The notes under the pieces were generated by a model. It saw only the letters and a list, made by a program, of their open reading frames with translations, was not told where the DNA came from and searched no databases. DNA of 64,000 bases from the human T2T-CHM13v2.0 reference genome, Homo sapiens. A program made the position numbers and the translations under genes. This document shows positions 1 through 15,894 of the stretch, in pieces (the first letter of the stretch is position 1; each line of letters starts with the position of its first letter). The stretch is taken from the NCBI RefSeq assembly GCF_009914755.1, contig NC_060937.1; one strand, 5' to 3'.

Positions 1-99
1 CTCTGGGTTATCCAACTTCAGTATCTCTGAGTTTAGCTCGTATTCTATATGGTATCCACGAGAATAACAACAATGTAAATATAGTTAAATCTTTGAACT

Positions 100-558
100 C
101 CCAATCTAGCAAGGCAGGCCAACATTCAAATTCAGGAAATACAGAGAATGCCACAAAGATACTCCCCGAGAAGAGCAACTCCAAGACACATAATTGTCAG
201 ATTCACCAAAGTTGAAATGAAGGAAAAAATGTTAAAAGCAGCCAGAGAGAAAAGTTGGGTTACCCACAAAGGGAAGCCCATCAGACTAACAGCGGATCTC
301 TCGGCAGAAACCCTACAAGCCAGAAGAGAGTGGGGGCCAATATTCAACATTCTTAAAGAAAAGAATTTTCAACCCAGAATTTCATATCCAGCCAAACTAA
401 GCTTCATAAGTGAAGGAGAAATAAAATACTTTACAGACAAGTAAATGCTGAGAGATTTTGTCACCACCAGGCCTGCCCTAAAAGAGCTCCTGAAGGAAGT
501 ACTAAACATGGAAAGGAACAACCGGTACCAGCCACTGCAAAAACATGCCAAATTGTAA
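100..558 (+). pseudogene. L1 ORF1p C-terminal remnant, premature stop at 442-444
   Basis: Translation PQRYSPRRATPRHIIVRFTKVEMKEKMLKAAREK… is L1 ORF1p. The natural stop TAA is at 556-558. Confidence 0.93.
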
Positions 559-621
559 AGATCATCGAGGCTAGGAAGAAACTGCATCAACTAACGAGCA
601 AAATAACCAGCTAACATCATA

Positions 622-4448
<3,827 letters not shown>

Positions 4449-4840
4449 ACAATGAGAACACATGGACACAGGAAGGGGAACATCACACACTGGGGCCTGT
4501 TGTGGGGTGGGGGTAGCGGGGGGGGGATACATTAGGAGATATACCTAATGTTAAATGATGAGTTAATGGGTGCAGCACACCAACGTGGCACATGTATACA
4601 TACGTAACAGACCTGCACATTGTGCACATGTACCCTAAAACTTAAAGTATAATAATAAAAAAAAATCTTTGAACTGATCCAATGGCTTCATTTTGAAAAT
4701 TCTAAAATTAGATCTGGAGATCTACAAACTGGTTTATAATTTTTGCACTGTGAAATCAGAGGGAATAGACCAGGAAACTACTATAAATTATATAACAGGA
4801 ATCACAATTGTACTATTATTTGCCACTATTAACAACATTC

Positions 4841-5124
4841 GGCCAGGTGCAGTGGCTCATGCCTGTAATCTCAGCACTTTGGGAGGCCGAGGCAGGTGGA
4901 CCACTTGAGGTCAGGAGTTCGAGACCAGCCTGACCAACATGGTGAAACACCGTCTCTACTAAAAATACAAAAATTAGCCTGGTTATGGTGGCATGCACCT
5001 GTAATCCCAGCTACTCGGGAGGCCGAGGCAGGAGAATCACTTGAACCCAGGGGATGGAGGTTGCAGAGAGCCAAGATCATGCCATTGCACTCCAGCATGG
5101 GTAAGAGAGCCAGACTCTGTCTCA

Positions 5125-5156
<32 letters not shown>
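4841..5156 (+). mobile_element. Alu (AluS-type), full length
   Basis: GGCCAGGTGCAGTGGCTCA… dimer with A5TACA linker and an A/AAAAG tail. Confidence 0.95.
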
Positions 5157-7549
5157 TTCAAGGGGTTCACCTTCTGTTTTTACATGAACATATGAAAAAC
5201 TAGCTGTAATAGAATATGGCAAATGTAATCATTAGTGATATGAACAAATGATTATAAAGGAAAAAGGAAGGCATTAATTTAACCTGCTGCCACCCAGCAA
5301 AGCTTCATAGCATTGACATTTTAGTTGGGCCTCAAAGATGAATCGGTTTTCTCCAAATGGGGAGATGGGATAGCAAACACGGCATCAGTACAGAGTACAA
5401 AAGTGGAAGACAGATGATAGAATTCCTCATTAATTGTAGCTTACATAGTTCCCAAAGGAAAATGCCAACTCTTCTCCACTGTTATTAAATGGGCTTTCAG
5501 AAAACCACACCTCCAGTGTGGCTTTTCGAAGACATCTCAACAAGAAAGTCGGAGGCAGAGCTCATCGTGCACTCTTCTGTTGTCCCACCTATCAAACTGT
5601 AGCATAATTGTGTGCTTATTGCCTTATGAGATCCTATCTTATTTATTTTTGTATGCCAAGCATCCTGCATGGTACCTGACCCACAGTAGAATTTAACATG
5701 CATTTGATTAAGTGCCAAATTACAACATACAGTTAGTATTGGCTGAATTTCTAGTGATGCTTTATTTCCTCTTTCAAATTTTCTCTGTAAGAAATCTTAC
5801 AATTTAAAGTTATCTGGGTCAGATACTAAGAAAATTAGCATTTGTAACCAGTGTATTTAAGTATCTCATCTCAGTGAGGTATGCCACTGAAAAATAGTTT
5901 TATTTTTTCCAATCAGCACTCCTAAATATGCTATGTCAAATCCTTTTTTCCTGCTGGGTAGAATATTTCATTGTGAAAACTTAGTATAGGTCCATTTACA
6001 GCTTCAGTCTCATCTCTTATTCAAGGCTGTCTCCTCTCTGCACGGAATGCTCTGCCCTGGCACACCTTCCTCCATCTCACTCTCCTAGGCTCCAATATGG
6101 GGGGCTCTAAGAAGGGAAGGAAATAAGGGTACGTTTTTGGTTCTTTCCTTGTTGTTCCTTGAAGGTAATCAAAGACAGCACATGATGTGGAAGACCCTGG
6201 TGCCTCCCTAGCATCCTCCACGCTTCCTCAGATTCTGCCTCCTGTGGCCCATCCAACTGTTTCTGGATGCTGGTCTCTTCCCCCAGGGACAACCCCCTAG
6301 ATACTGTCATAGTAGGATGGCTCAAGCCCAGCTATGTTCTACATCATCCAGTCCACCCCCCAGAAACAGCAGCCTCATCAAACCACCTGTGGCAGGAAAG
6401 GGCTGCTACGTCCACTACTGTGTCTTCTCTAAGCCTGATCTTCTCACACACCCGGCTCTCTGCCCCGACCCTTCGTCTCAGAGAAACTTAGGAACACATG
6501 AGCAAATCTTAGCCTTATCTGATGTCCAACTAAAAAACAAGATATAATTTCCCCCTCTTGGCAGATATCGTATGCCTGACAATAGCTTCTCTTGGAACAC
6601 CACTCAGTCGGCTTTGGGAAGATAAAAACATGTTCCACAGAAAACAGAGGGACTGCCCTTTCACAAAAAATGCTAGAATATCCTCAAGATCAGCAAACCA
6701 AAAGTCCCTAGAATAGGATAAAGGAGAATTCCAGAGATAGTAGGGCTTGGAGAAGAAGACTGAATGCTCACGGTTGGCCACATCTATTTTTGGTGGCAAA
6801 AAAAAACAGTGCTTATAAAGTGGTAAAACAATGAATGAAGCTCCTCATCCAACTTTTCCATTCAGTTTCAGCTCAAAATGTAGTGTTGAATTACAACTCA
6901 ACGGAAGAACTCACAACTGAACCTCAGCACTTCAGTTAGTCTTCAAAGCCACTTCAAGTCATGCGTGCATTTCTGCTTAGAGGATATTAAAAGTCATATT
7001 GATAGTTCAAATCAATATGGAAAAAATAGAGAGGAAAATAAACAAAGTATTCCTAAGAGAGAGAAAGAAACAATGGAGGAAGGCAGAATGTAAAGGAAAA
7101 CTGTTTCTCATAAAATTTACATGGATCATTAATGTGAAAATATCTACAATGTATCAGGTACTAAGTAAACATCTTGAAGAGATGAATGCATAAGTACAAC
7201 AAAAAATAAATTAAGGAGAAAGAAAGAGAGGAAAAAAGGAAGAGCGGTTGTCAGAATTTCAGGTCCATGTTCTGTGGAAGATTTTCCTCCCTCTAAACAA
7301 TGAATTATTATCATTCTCAAGGGAAAAATAATCCTGCCGTTCCAGTTGCCACTGGAGTAACTGTGGCTGTCTTGTCACCACTGTATCCCTAGTGTCTGCT
7401 GGCTAAAGAGATGAGAAAACAGAAAATATTTCTTTCCAGAGAGCAAATGACAGCAATCGTCAGTCAGTGTAAGCTTGCCTTTGCAAATGAAGGAAAACTC
7501 TTATCTTAGTTGTAAAATATCAATATTCTCTATGCAACCAACTTTCTGT

Positions 7550-7792
7550 GAAGAAGAAGAAGAAGAAGAAGAAGAAGAAGAAGAAGAAGAAGAAGAAGAA
7601 GAAGAAGAAGAAGAAGAAGAAGAAGAAGAAGAAGAAGAAGAAGAAGAAGAAGAAGAAGAAGAAGAAGAAGAAGAAGAAGAAGAAGAAGAAGAAGAAGAAG
7701 AAGAAGAAGAAGAAGAAGAAGAAGAAGAAGAAGAAGAAGAAGAAGAAGAAGAAGAAGAAGAAGAAGAAGAAGAAGAAGAAGAAGAAGAAGAA
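7550..7792 (+). repeat. FGF14: Pure (GAA)81 trinucleotide repeat, FGF14 intron 1 (SCA27B locus)
   Basis: 243 bp of uninterrupted GAA, confirmed by 81 consecutive Glu codons in ORF 7475-7804. Flanks as described for the FGF14 call. Confidence 0.97.
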
Positions 7793-10026
7793 AAATGTGT
7801 TTAAGAATTCCTCAATAAGACTAAGCTCTATGTGGGCAGGAACTGCTTAATTCATCATTGCGTTCCCAATATAGTGCGCCTAGAAGATAATTAAAAAAAA
7901 AAAAAAACCTGGAGAATGAGTGAATGACATTGCTCACTATATGGACCTAAATTTAATCTCTTTATCAAGGAAAATTATAACTGTTTTCTTTTTTTTATCC
8001 TAAAGGTAAGCAGTAGGGTTTCAAGAAACACCTCCATGAGCCTTTCTGATGTGTTAATATTACTCTATAACTTAGAATATAAATGGAACAACAAAAATCT
8101 GACACTTGGGAGACATTTTGTCAGTTAACAAGCTTTTTTAGGAGTTATCTCCTGTTTTTTAAAAGATGCTAAGAGGAGGGACTAGAACAAGTTTCTGAAA
8201 CTTGCAGCTAACTGGGAGGCGGTTGGCACTATGCTTCCAAATGATGCTCTCTCAATGGCAACTGAAGTCTCAGCAAACTCAGAATCTCTCGGTCAAAGGC
8301 TGAACAAAGCCTGCTATTTTAGGCATTTGGTAATAAATTATAAGAATGGATCACAGGAATACATTTACTGAAAAGCAATTGAAGAGAAAGCTTTTAGAAA
8401 AACAGATTTTTGGCAAAAGCGGCCATGAGCTATTCTGGTCTTTGGTATTATGAAGCCCACAGAGCAAATTTCCAAAGCAATTAATATAAATGAACATCAC
8501 ATTTAAAAAATCAATTCTTTTATATGAGATGCAAAAAGATAGAGACTAATATCCAGGCTTACAAATAGGCACTTTGCATCATTAAAAGTATCACAAAGGT
8601 TTGAACCAAAAGGGCCTAAAGTATCAAGTTTATAATATTACTACTATCATATGCATTACTAGGCAGACGTCCTGATCTTAAAAATATAACACAGTTTATG
8701 GAATGCTTCAATGTAACAAAAGACTTCATTATGTGTTGAGAGTGAAATTTGGTTTATAAATGGAATAATAGAGACAGTAAGCTACACAAGAAGCCATAGC
8801 TGTTTCTCTGGGCCTCTCCAGTGAGTTGAATGCTGTGGAAAATGTACCCCAGCCTTGTGTTGAAATGAGCTGCCAGGTTTTTTCTATTGTATGTGCAGTG
8901 AAGCCTTTTTGGGAGGATACTAGAAGTCTGGTAGCTCTTTCTCTGGTCACTGGCAGTGGTTAGCAGCGTCCCCCTCATTTGTATGTAGGTTAGTAGCACC
9001 GACACTAAGGGAGAAAATGAATGATGGTTCTAATTCTTGGAGAAACCTATCTGATTGGAAAATGCCTCTAAACAAGCATGCTGTAAAAATACATCCACAT
9101 ATTTCATATAGAGGGATTCATACGTTTCCTCAAAGATACAATATATTTGATTTTCTGTTTTAAAAAGCTCCAGTGCTTCCAAACATAGCCAGACTCTCAA
9201 TAATGTAAATACTTGTAAACATTTTCTGTCCAATTCCATTAATAACCTGTCATAGATGAATTATACCTGTGGTGACAAATAAATGCTTACTGTATAGTTT
9301 AGGGCTATCATAGCCCTTGTGCCTTTATTTTGTAAATTATCCTCTAGCACAGAGGTATTAGAAACCACATGCCATGCCTTGTGTAATATGGTCTACCGGA
9401 AGAGGGGTTTTCCTACTTCTCTTCCATAGAGGAAGGATTTATTAAGCACCAGCTGTGACAGGCACCATACTAAGCTCCAGGGTTATAAAGGTGAGGAAAG
9501 CAGTGTTGAGGCTCTGCCATCGAGGAAGTTTAGAGCAAGTGGAAGGAAGGCCGTGTAAACCCATGAATACGATGAACTTAAGAAATGCTCTATAACAAGA
9601 GTTGTGTACCGTGTCTTAGAGAAGCACCAACTAGGATTGAAATCTCTGGGGGGTTCTCAGAGGTCACTTTGATCTGGGTGGATGGTTATCAGGGACCAGT
9701 ATTCGAGGAGGTGATCTGGCTGGCTGCAAAGGCAATTGAGGAACACAAAAGTATAGGGTGTAGGGTGGGGAAGTGACCAAGGGAGCCTGGATTGGGAAGA
9801 TTCGCAGGGACCATGTTTAGGAGTTTAGGCATTTCATACACAGAATGGGAAGTCTCTGAAGGCTTTAGTTCAAGGTAAAGAAATAATCAGACTTGCCCCC
9901 CCCAGAAAACATTCTGGAGGCCACTTAAAGTCTGGAACAAAGTGAAGCATGGAAAGATGGGTTAATGAAGCCATTCCAGACATGAAAAAGAAATAGTGAA
10001 AACCTAACTTAAAAATCTGATTCCCG

Positions 10027-10310
10027 TTGTAGATTATCACGTTTTACCAAATGTCCTCATGTCCTTCATGCAGGAAGACCATGTCCTTTCTCCCTGTTGA
10101 CCTCAGCAGTGACCAGGCATATTGCTTTGTCCAGTGTAATGTCACTTACAGGTAGAAGTTTTCAGAGGCTGATAAATCAGCCAAGGTCCTGGAATAACAG
10201 AGCTGTAGCCAAGTCACAATGCCATAGGACCACAGGACACGAGCAAGAAATAAATCTTTCTCTTTGTATGTTGCTGAGATTTGGGGATCTTTCTGTTCCT
10301 AGCCAAGCCT
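10027..10310 (+). mobile_element. Old MaLR LTR fragment (MLT1-type)
   Basis: 3' end resembles the MLT1 terminus (…GAGCAAGAAATAAATCTTT…CTGAGATTTGGGG…); highly diverged. Confidence 0.5.
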
Positions 10311-10740
10311 GACTTCTAAAATCTCCAAAGCAGTGTGCATTTTATTTTTCCTGTTTTCTTGTGGTGAAAAGCACTGCTGACAATCAATGAATACATATTT
10401 ATTAGGCCTCTACTTGAATATTAGACACTGTGTTTACTGATGACCAGCTTTTTTCTCCCTTAGAGACCTTGCGACCATGCCAGGAAGAGATGACATTAAA
10501 CAAACAATATCTTTGGGAATTCAGAAAGCACAGAAATTTCTTCTGCCTGAATGGGATGGATCATGGATGGTTTCCCACAGGGTGGAATGAGAATAGAGAA
10601 AAATGAAACAGGCAGGCAATTAAGACCAGGATGGGGAACAAGAAGAGGGTAAAGTCATAGAGACAAAGGCAAGAAAGGAGAAATTCCTACATAATCTTTG
10701 GGACAGAATGAGCTAACTATTCTTAATCGGTAGTTAATGT

Positions 10741-10874
10741 CTGTGCTGTCCAATAGATTAGCTGGTTCCTCAGTTTGACTAGTCACGGTTCAAGTGTTCA
10801 CCAGCTGTGTACAGCTAGCTCAGTGCAGACAGAGAGCATCTCATCATTGCAGAAAGTTCTATTGGACAGTGCTG
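10741..10874 (-). mobile_element. hAT-Charlie MITE (MER3-like)
   Basis: Terminal inverted repeats GTGCTGTCCAATAG … CTATTGGACAGTGC and internal ATCATTGCAGAAAGTTCT. Confidence 0.65.
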
Positions 10875-11123
10875 GTCTAGGAAAAGATATAAAATAAGAA
10901 AATATAAAGAACCAGAGAGTTTTTGAATGTTGGGATATTTTCTTTTACTTAAAAGTTCAAAAGTTAAGATGCATAGTGACAATATGAAAGTAATTGAAAA
11001 GATTAGTATTAGCAAGAAGGGAGAATTAATGAGACATGGCTGGAGAGGAGAATAGTGAGGGGATTTTTCAGCAACCAATGAGTGACCTAGATCAAAATGG
11101 TGATGGGAAGAATAGAAAGGAAG

Positions 11124-11896
11124 GAAAAAATGCTCATCACTGGCCATCAGAGAAATGCAAATTAAAACCACAATGAGATACCATCTCACACCAGTTAGAA
11201 TGGCAATCATTAAAAAGTCAGGAAAAAACAGGTGCTGGAGAGGATGTGGAGAAATAGGAACACTTTTACACTGTTGGTGGGACTGTAAACTAGTTCAACC
11301 ATTGTGGAAGTCAGTGTGGCGATTCCTCAGGGATCTAGAACTAGAAATACCATTTGACCCAGCCATCCCATTACTGGGTATATACCCAAAGGATTATAAA
11401 TCATGCTGCTATAAAGGCACATGCACACGTATGTTTATTGCAGCACTATTCACAATAGCAAAGACGTGGAACCAACCCAAATGTCCAACAATTATAGACT
11501 GGGTTAAGAAAATGTGGCACATATACACCATGGAATACTATGCAGCCATAAAAAATGATGAGTTCATGTCCTTTGCAGGGACATGGATGAAGCTGGAAAC
11601 CATCATTCTCAGCAAACTATCGCAAGGACAAAAAACCAAACACCACGAATTCTCACTCATAGGTGGGAATTGAACAATGAGAACACGTGGACACAGGAAG
11701 GGGAACATCACACACTGGGGCCTGTTGTGGGGTGGGGGGAGGGGGGAGGGATAGCATTAGGAGATATACCTAATGCTAAATGACGAGTTAATGGGTGCAG
11801 CACACCAACATGGCACATGTATACGTATGTAACCTACACGTTGTGCACATGTACCCTAAAACTTAAAGTATAATAATAATAATAATAATAATAAAA
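11124..11896 (+). mobile_element. 5'-truncated L1PA (about L1PA3-PA4): ORF2 C-terminus, 3'UTR and (AAT)n tail
   Basis: ORF 11155-11673 is the L1 ORF2 cysteine-rich C-terminus, followed by a canonical 3'UTR. Confidence 0.95.
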
Positions 11897-11989
11897 GAAA
11901 GTAGATTCCTGGTTGCCAGAGGCTGGAGGAAAGGGAAACAGGAGGAATGAGGATACTTATAAGTATGGTTTTCTTTTCCTTTAAAAAAA

Positions 11990-12245
11990 AAATGTGATTA
12001 CAGGTAAAATTTTTCATTTTAACCATTCTTAAATGCACAGTTCTGTGGGAATAAGTACATTCACTTTGTTGTCCAGCCATCACCATCGTCCATCTCCAGA
12101 ATGTTTTCATCTTCCCAACCAGAAACTCTGCATCCATTGAACACTCCCTATTCTCCCCTCCCCAAGCTCCTGGCAACCACCATTCCACTTTCTGTCTCTC
12201 TAGATTTGACTACTCTAGGTATGTAAGTAAAAGCATACAACATTT
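11990..12245 (-). mobile_element. Old L1M (L1MB-like) 3'UTR fragment
   Basis: CATTTTAACCATT…CCATCACCATCGTCCATCTCCAGAA…CTGGCAACCACCATTCCACTTTCTGTCTCT is the antisense L1MB 3' end. It is cut abruptly by an A-tract at 12246. Confidence 0.8.
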
Positions 12246-12277
12246 AAAAAAAAAAAGAAAAGAAAAAAGAAAGAATA

Positions 12278-13009
12278 CAGTCTATTCTCATAATTTGTGA
12301 AGTTTGTATTTGCAAATTTGCCATTCACTTTATTTTATTTTATATTTAGTTTTATTACTTTACGAAATTTATAAATTTCGTAAAGTAATCTATTAAATAG
12401 ATTTATTTTACAATTTATATTATAACCCCAAAATCAATACTTGCGGGACTTTCTCCGTCATTAACAGACAAGTGCAGCATAGAGGAAAATGCCAGTCGTC
12501 TAGCAGATGCGTGCATTCCCAGCTGAAGTCCAACATGGCAACGCTCTGCCTTCTTGTTTCAGCTCTCATACCGTGCACAAGTGTCCTTTTTGAGTTCATT
12601 TAGTGCCATATTTTTTGAGTTTTTGGAGTTGGTGATGTTGCTGTTTAAAACGGCCTCCAAGCATAGTGTTTAAGCGCTTTCTGCCATTTCTAAGTGCAAC
12701 AGAGCCGTGCTGTCCCTTACAGGGAAAATACGTGGGTTTGATATGTTTCATTCAGACATGAGTTACAATGTCGCTGGTCATGAGTTCAATGCTAATGAAT
12801 CAACAATAGGTACTAAAATAAGGCGTCTTCCAATAGAAACACATATTAAACAAGGTTCTGTGTTGAGGGGCTGAGGAAAATGTTGTGACCGGAGATTCAC
12901 AAGAACCTAGCCGTGTATTTCCTCTTGAAACAGAGGTTCAGTATTTGCTAATTCACTGTTTTCAGTGACTTTATAGAACATAACTACCATGAATATCAAG
13001 AATTGGCTG
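12278..13009 (-). mobile_element. TcMar-Tigger family MITE (MER82-like)
   Basis: Starts TA|CAGTCTATTCTC. The right end reads on the minus strand CAGCCAATTCTTGATATTCATGGTAGTTATGTTCTATAAAGTC…, giving imperfect TIRs typical of MER82. Confidence 0.7.
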
Positions 13010-13084
13010 TTTGGGGAAGAGGTATTGCAAACAGAGATAAAACAGAAGCTGGGCACGAAGAGGCTAATAAAGACAAAGCGAATT

Positions 13085-13398
13085 GGCAGGGTGCAGTGGT
13101 TCACCTGTAATCCCAGCACTTTGGGAGGCCGAGGCAGGTGGATCACCTGAGGTCAGGAGTTCGAGACCAGCCTGGCCAACATGGTGAAACCCAATCTCTA
13201 CTAAAAATACAAGGCTTTCACAAACTAAAAAATTTTTGTAAAAATACAAAAATTTGCTGGACATGGTGGCATGCCCCTATAATCCCATCTACTCAGGAGT
13301 CTGAGGCAGGAGAATCGTGTGAACCCTGAAGGCAGAGGTTGCAGTGAGCCGAGATTGCACCATTGCACTCCATCTCAAAAAAAAAAAAAAAAAAAAAA
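13085..13398 (+). mobile_element. AluS with an insertion in the linker and a 3' internal deletion
   Basis: Alu dimer with extra sequence at 13213-13249. GCACTCCATCTC joins the two ACTCCA motifs, losing ~24 bp. Confidence 0.92.
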
Positions 13399-14370
13399 GG
13401 AAATTGTTACCTCAGGTTGCGTCTATTGAGACAACATGGTACCAAGTTCCAGACCAGAATTTTATTTTAATTAAAGCATAAGATTTGCTCATAGTCACTG
13501 GAAAGAAGCCACCTCTGCCTGGATTTTCTGGCTTGCTTACTCAGACTATTTCCTTTTAATTTAATGAAAATCCAAGCAATACTTTTAATAGTTTACTTAA
13601 AAAAAACCCACTGGGTATAGGAAGTATAGGAGTTCTAATTTCTGTGTCTCTATGTGAATCATTCCACCTAGATTAATTTTCACTGTTTTGCTACCTGAAT
13701 AGTTGGCAAATAGGAAGTCTGAAAAGTAAGTAATAACACTGAACCTGTTGAGTCAAGAACAGTATACAAGTGGGATTTTTTAGTTTCTGAAAGCCTTGAG
13801 ATTTGAAAAATCCATTAGAGAATCCTCATTAAGATATTAGAAACTGGCATGCTAGCTCTTTTTTTTTTTTTTAAGAAATATCGTTTGAAAGATGCTAAAC
13901 ATATTTAAGGGGGAGTCAATTCATAAGAGAAAAATATAATGTAACCTTTAGGTGATGGATCAATAAAAACAAATAAAGAGCCAGGTATACGCACACACAA
14001 ACATACACACACACATCTCTAATTTAACTTTCTCGCCCTCTATGTCATGGCTTTTTATGTAGTCGCTGACTCTCCTTTAGTGAAATTATAGCTTCAAAAA
14101 CCTAAAACCACATATTTTTGTTTTTCTCACACAGACCATGGGTGAAACAAATCACTGACAGCCATTCCTTAAACCTTCACTACTTTTCATTAAACATGAA
14201 AATTTATGTTTGCATAGTTTGCATAGTGCTGCTGATTATGGCATTAATAGAAACCACGTGCTTTGACAGTGTAAACATTTCCTGAAGAATGAAGAAAAAG
14301 GTGCGTATGATGGGGAGGGCAGGCAAAGACGTCAGATCCTCAGCGCCTAATCAAATTGCACTCCCACATG

Positions 14371-14541
14371 GCTGGGACAATAGGCACACACCACCATCCC
14401 TGGCTAATTTTTGTAGTTTTTTGTAGAGATGGGGTTTCTCCATGTTGCCCAAGCTGGTCTTGAACTCCTGACCTCAGGTGATCTGCCCACCTCGGCCTCC
14501 CAGAGTGCTGAGATTACAGGCATGAGCCACTGCACCTAGCC
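14371..14541 (-). mobile_element. Partial Alu (left monomer plus start of right monomer)
   Basis: Antisense Alu sequence ending …CACTGCACCTAGCC; the 3' half is missing. Confidence 0.88.
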
Positions 14542-15894
14542 TAATTCTTTTCTTGGTACTACATTAATACAAAGACTCCACTGACCCTAAACAATGGGTT
14601 TTAGAGCAGGGCTACCCTTTGATTAATGTGGTGTTAACACTCTGTAGGAACTGAAAAATGCTTTAAGAAATAGCCTTGTATAAATCCAATGCATGTAGCA
14701 GAATAATCACTGGATTCCTTATTTTGAACTTCTTATAATAAACCATAGGCACAAATGTCACTTCTTGAAAATACGCTAATATTTTATTGCTGGGGAAATC
14801 TGACATAAAACTGATTTGGGCAGGAATGTACTACCACATATTTATTTTTCTCAGGCCATGATAATGTTCTTCAGAGGTGGAATTCCTCCTCGAACTGTTT
14901 TAGTCAACAAACACACACTGAAGATCTGCCTTGTGGCAAGCAGGATAGGGAGCATTGTAAAATACTGATTCCTGAGTTTAAGATATTACGATAATATCAT
15001 GGAGAAAATAACATGGAGAATTAGAGCACAGTTAGATGCTAAATTATATCCAGAACAGGGAGACAGAGAAGAAAAAAAAAGAACACTCACAGTTTACTCT
15101 TCCATCCTCTGAGACTAGAGCACTGATTCTGTCATTGATCCCAGATCCTACCTTAGGATATATGAAGCTTTGTAAGATTCGTAAGCTTTAGGCAACTAGA
15201 TTACACTAAAGGGCCTACACTTTTAAGTCAGCAAGGCTGCTCTCATTTATAGGCTCGGCTTTTCACAGCCTCACCTGTGGAGCCCTTTGGCCTTACTTGT
15301 GCTTCCCCACATTTTCCTAATATCTTCAATCCAAAAGCTCTCGATTTCCACGCGGTTTCCAATTCCCCACTCACCCCTTCCACCTAACACCTGGTTATCC
15401 CCCGTGGTTCCCTAGACACCTGTACTTGGTCAGGCAGCCAATTTCTTTCATGCCCCTGAGGACAGGACCCAGACTAGAACCTCAGACAAAGTTTTGTGTG
15501 TTTCTGAACCATGTGTAAAAGAAATAAGAAACTCCAGATGAGAAGTGATCAAAGGAGAGGTAATCATTATTATAATTCCCTAAGACATTCAAGAAAGGAA
15601 AAGTAATACAACAAAAGCCACTCTGCAAGGAAAAACAAATAATTCAATTATTTAAAGTTACAGAACCATATTTGCAAATTTACAGGACTGTATGAAGATG
15701 CGCACATGTTAAAGAAGTGGGGTTTTTTTTGTTTCCTGTTAACTGATCTAAATCTGCTTAAAACCTCCACTCAAAAGCAATTTAATTGGATAACCTTTAT
15801 TCCAATTATTGAAAGTTCTTTCAGGAATTCAGTCTCCACGTGGAAGTTGCTGACCAGTAGGCTTGGCAATGATGGGCAAGTTCTATAGCTACAC

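Noticed and set aside
7550-7792. Pathogenic SCA27B expansion
   Set aside because: 81 units is far below the roughly 250-unit disease range.
7550-7792. FXN (Friedreich ataxia) GAA repeat
   Set aside because: The FXN repeat lies in the middle of an Alu. This tract has unique non-Alu flanks matching my recollection of FGF14.
7548-7850. Poly-lysine ORF as a real gene
   Set aside because: GTG start at the repeat edge; simply another reading frame of the microsatellite.
11155-11673. 172-aa ORF as a host gene
   Set aside because: It is the C-terminus of L1 ORF2 in a truncated copy.
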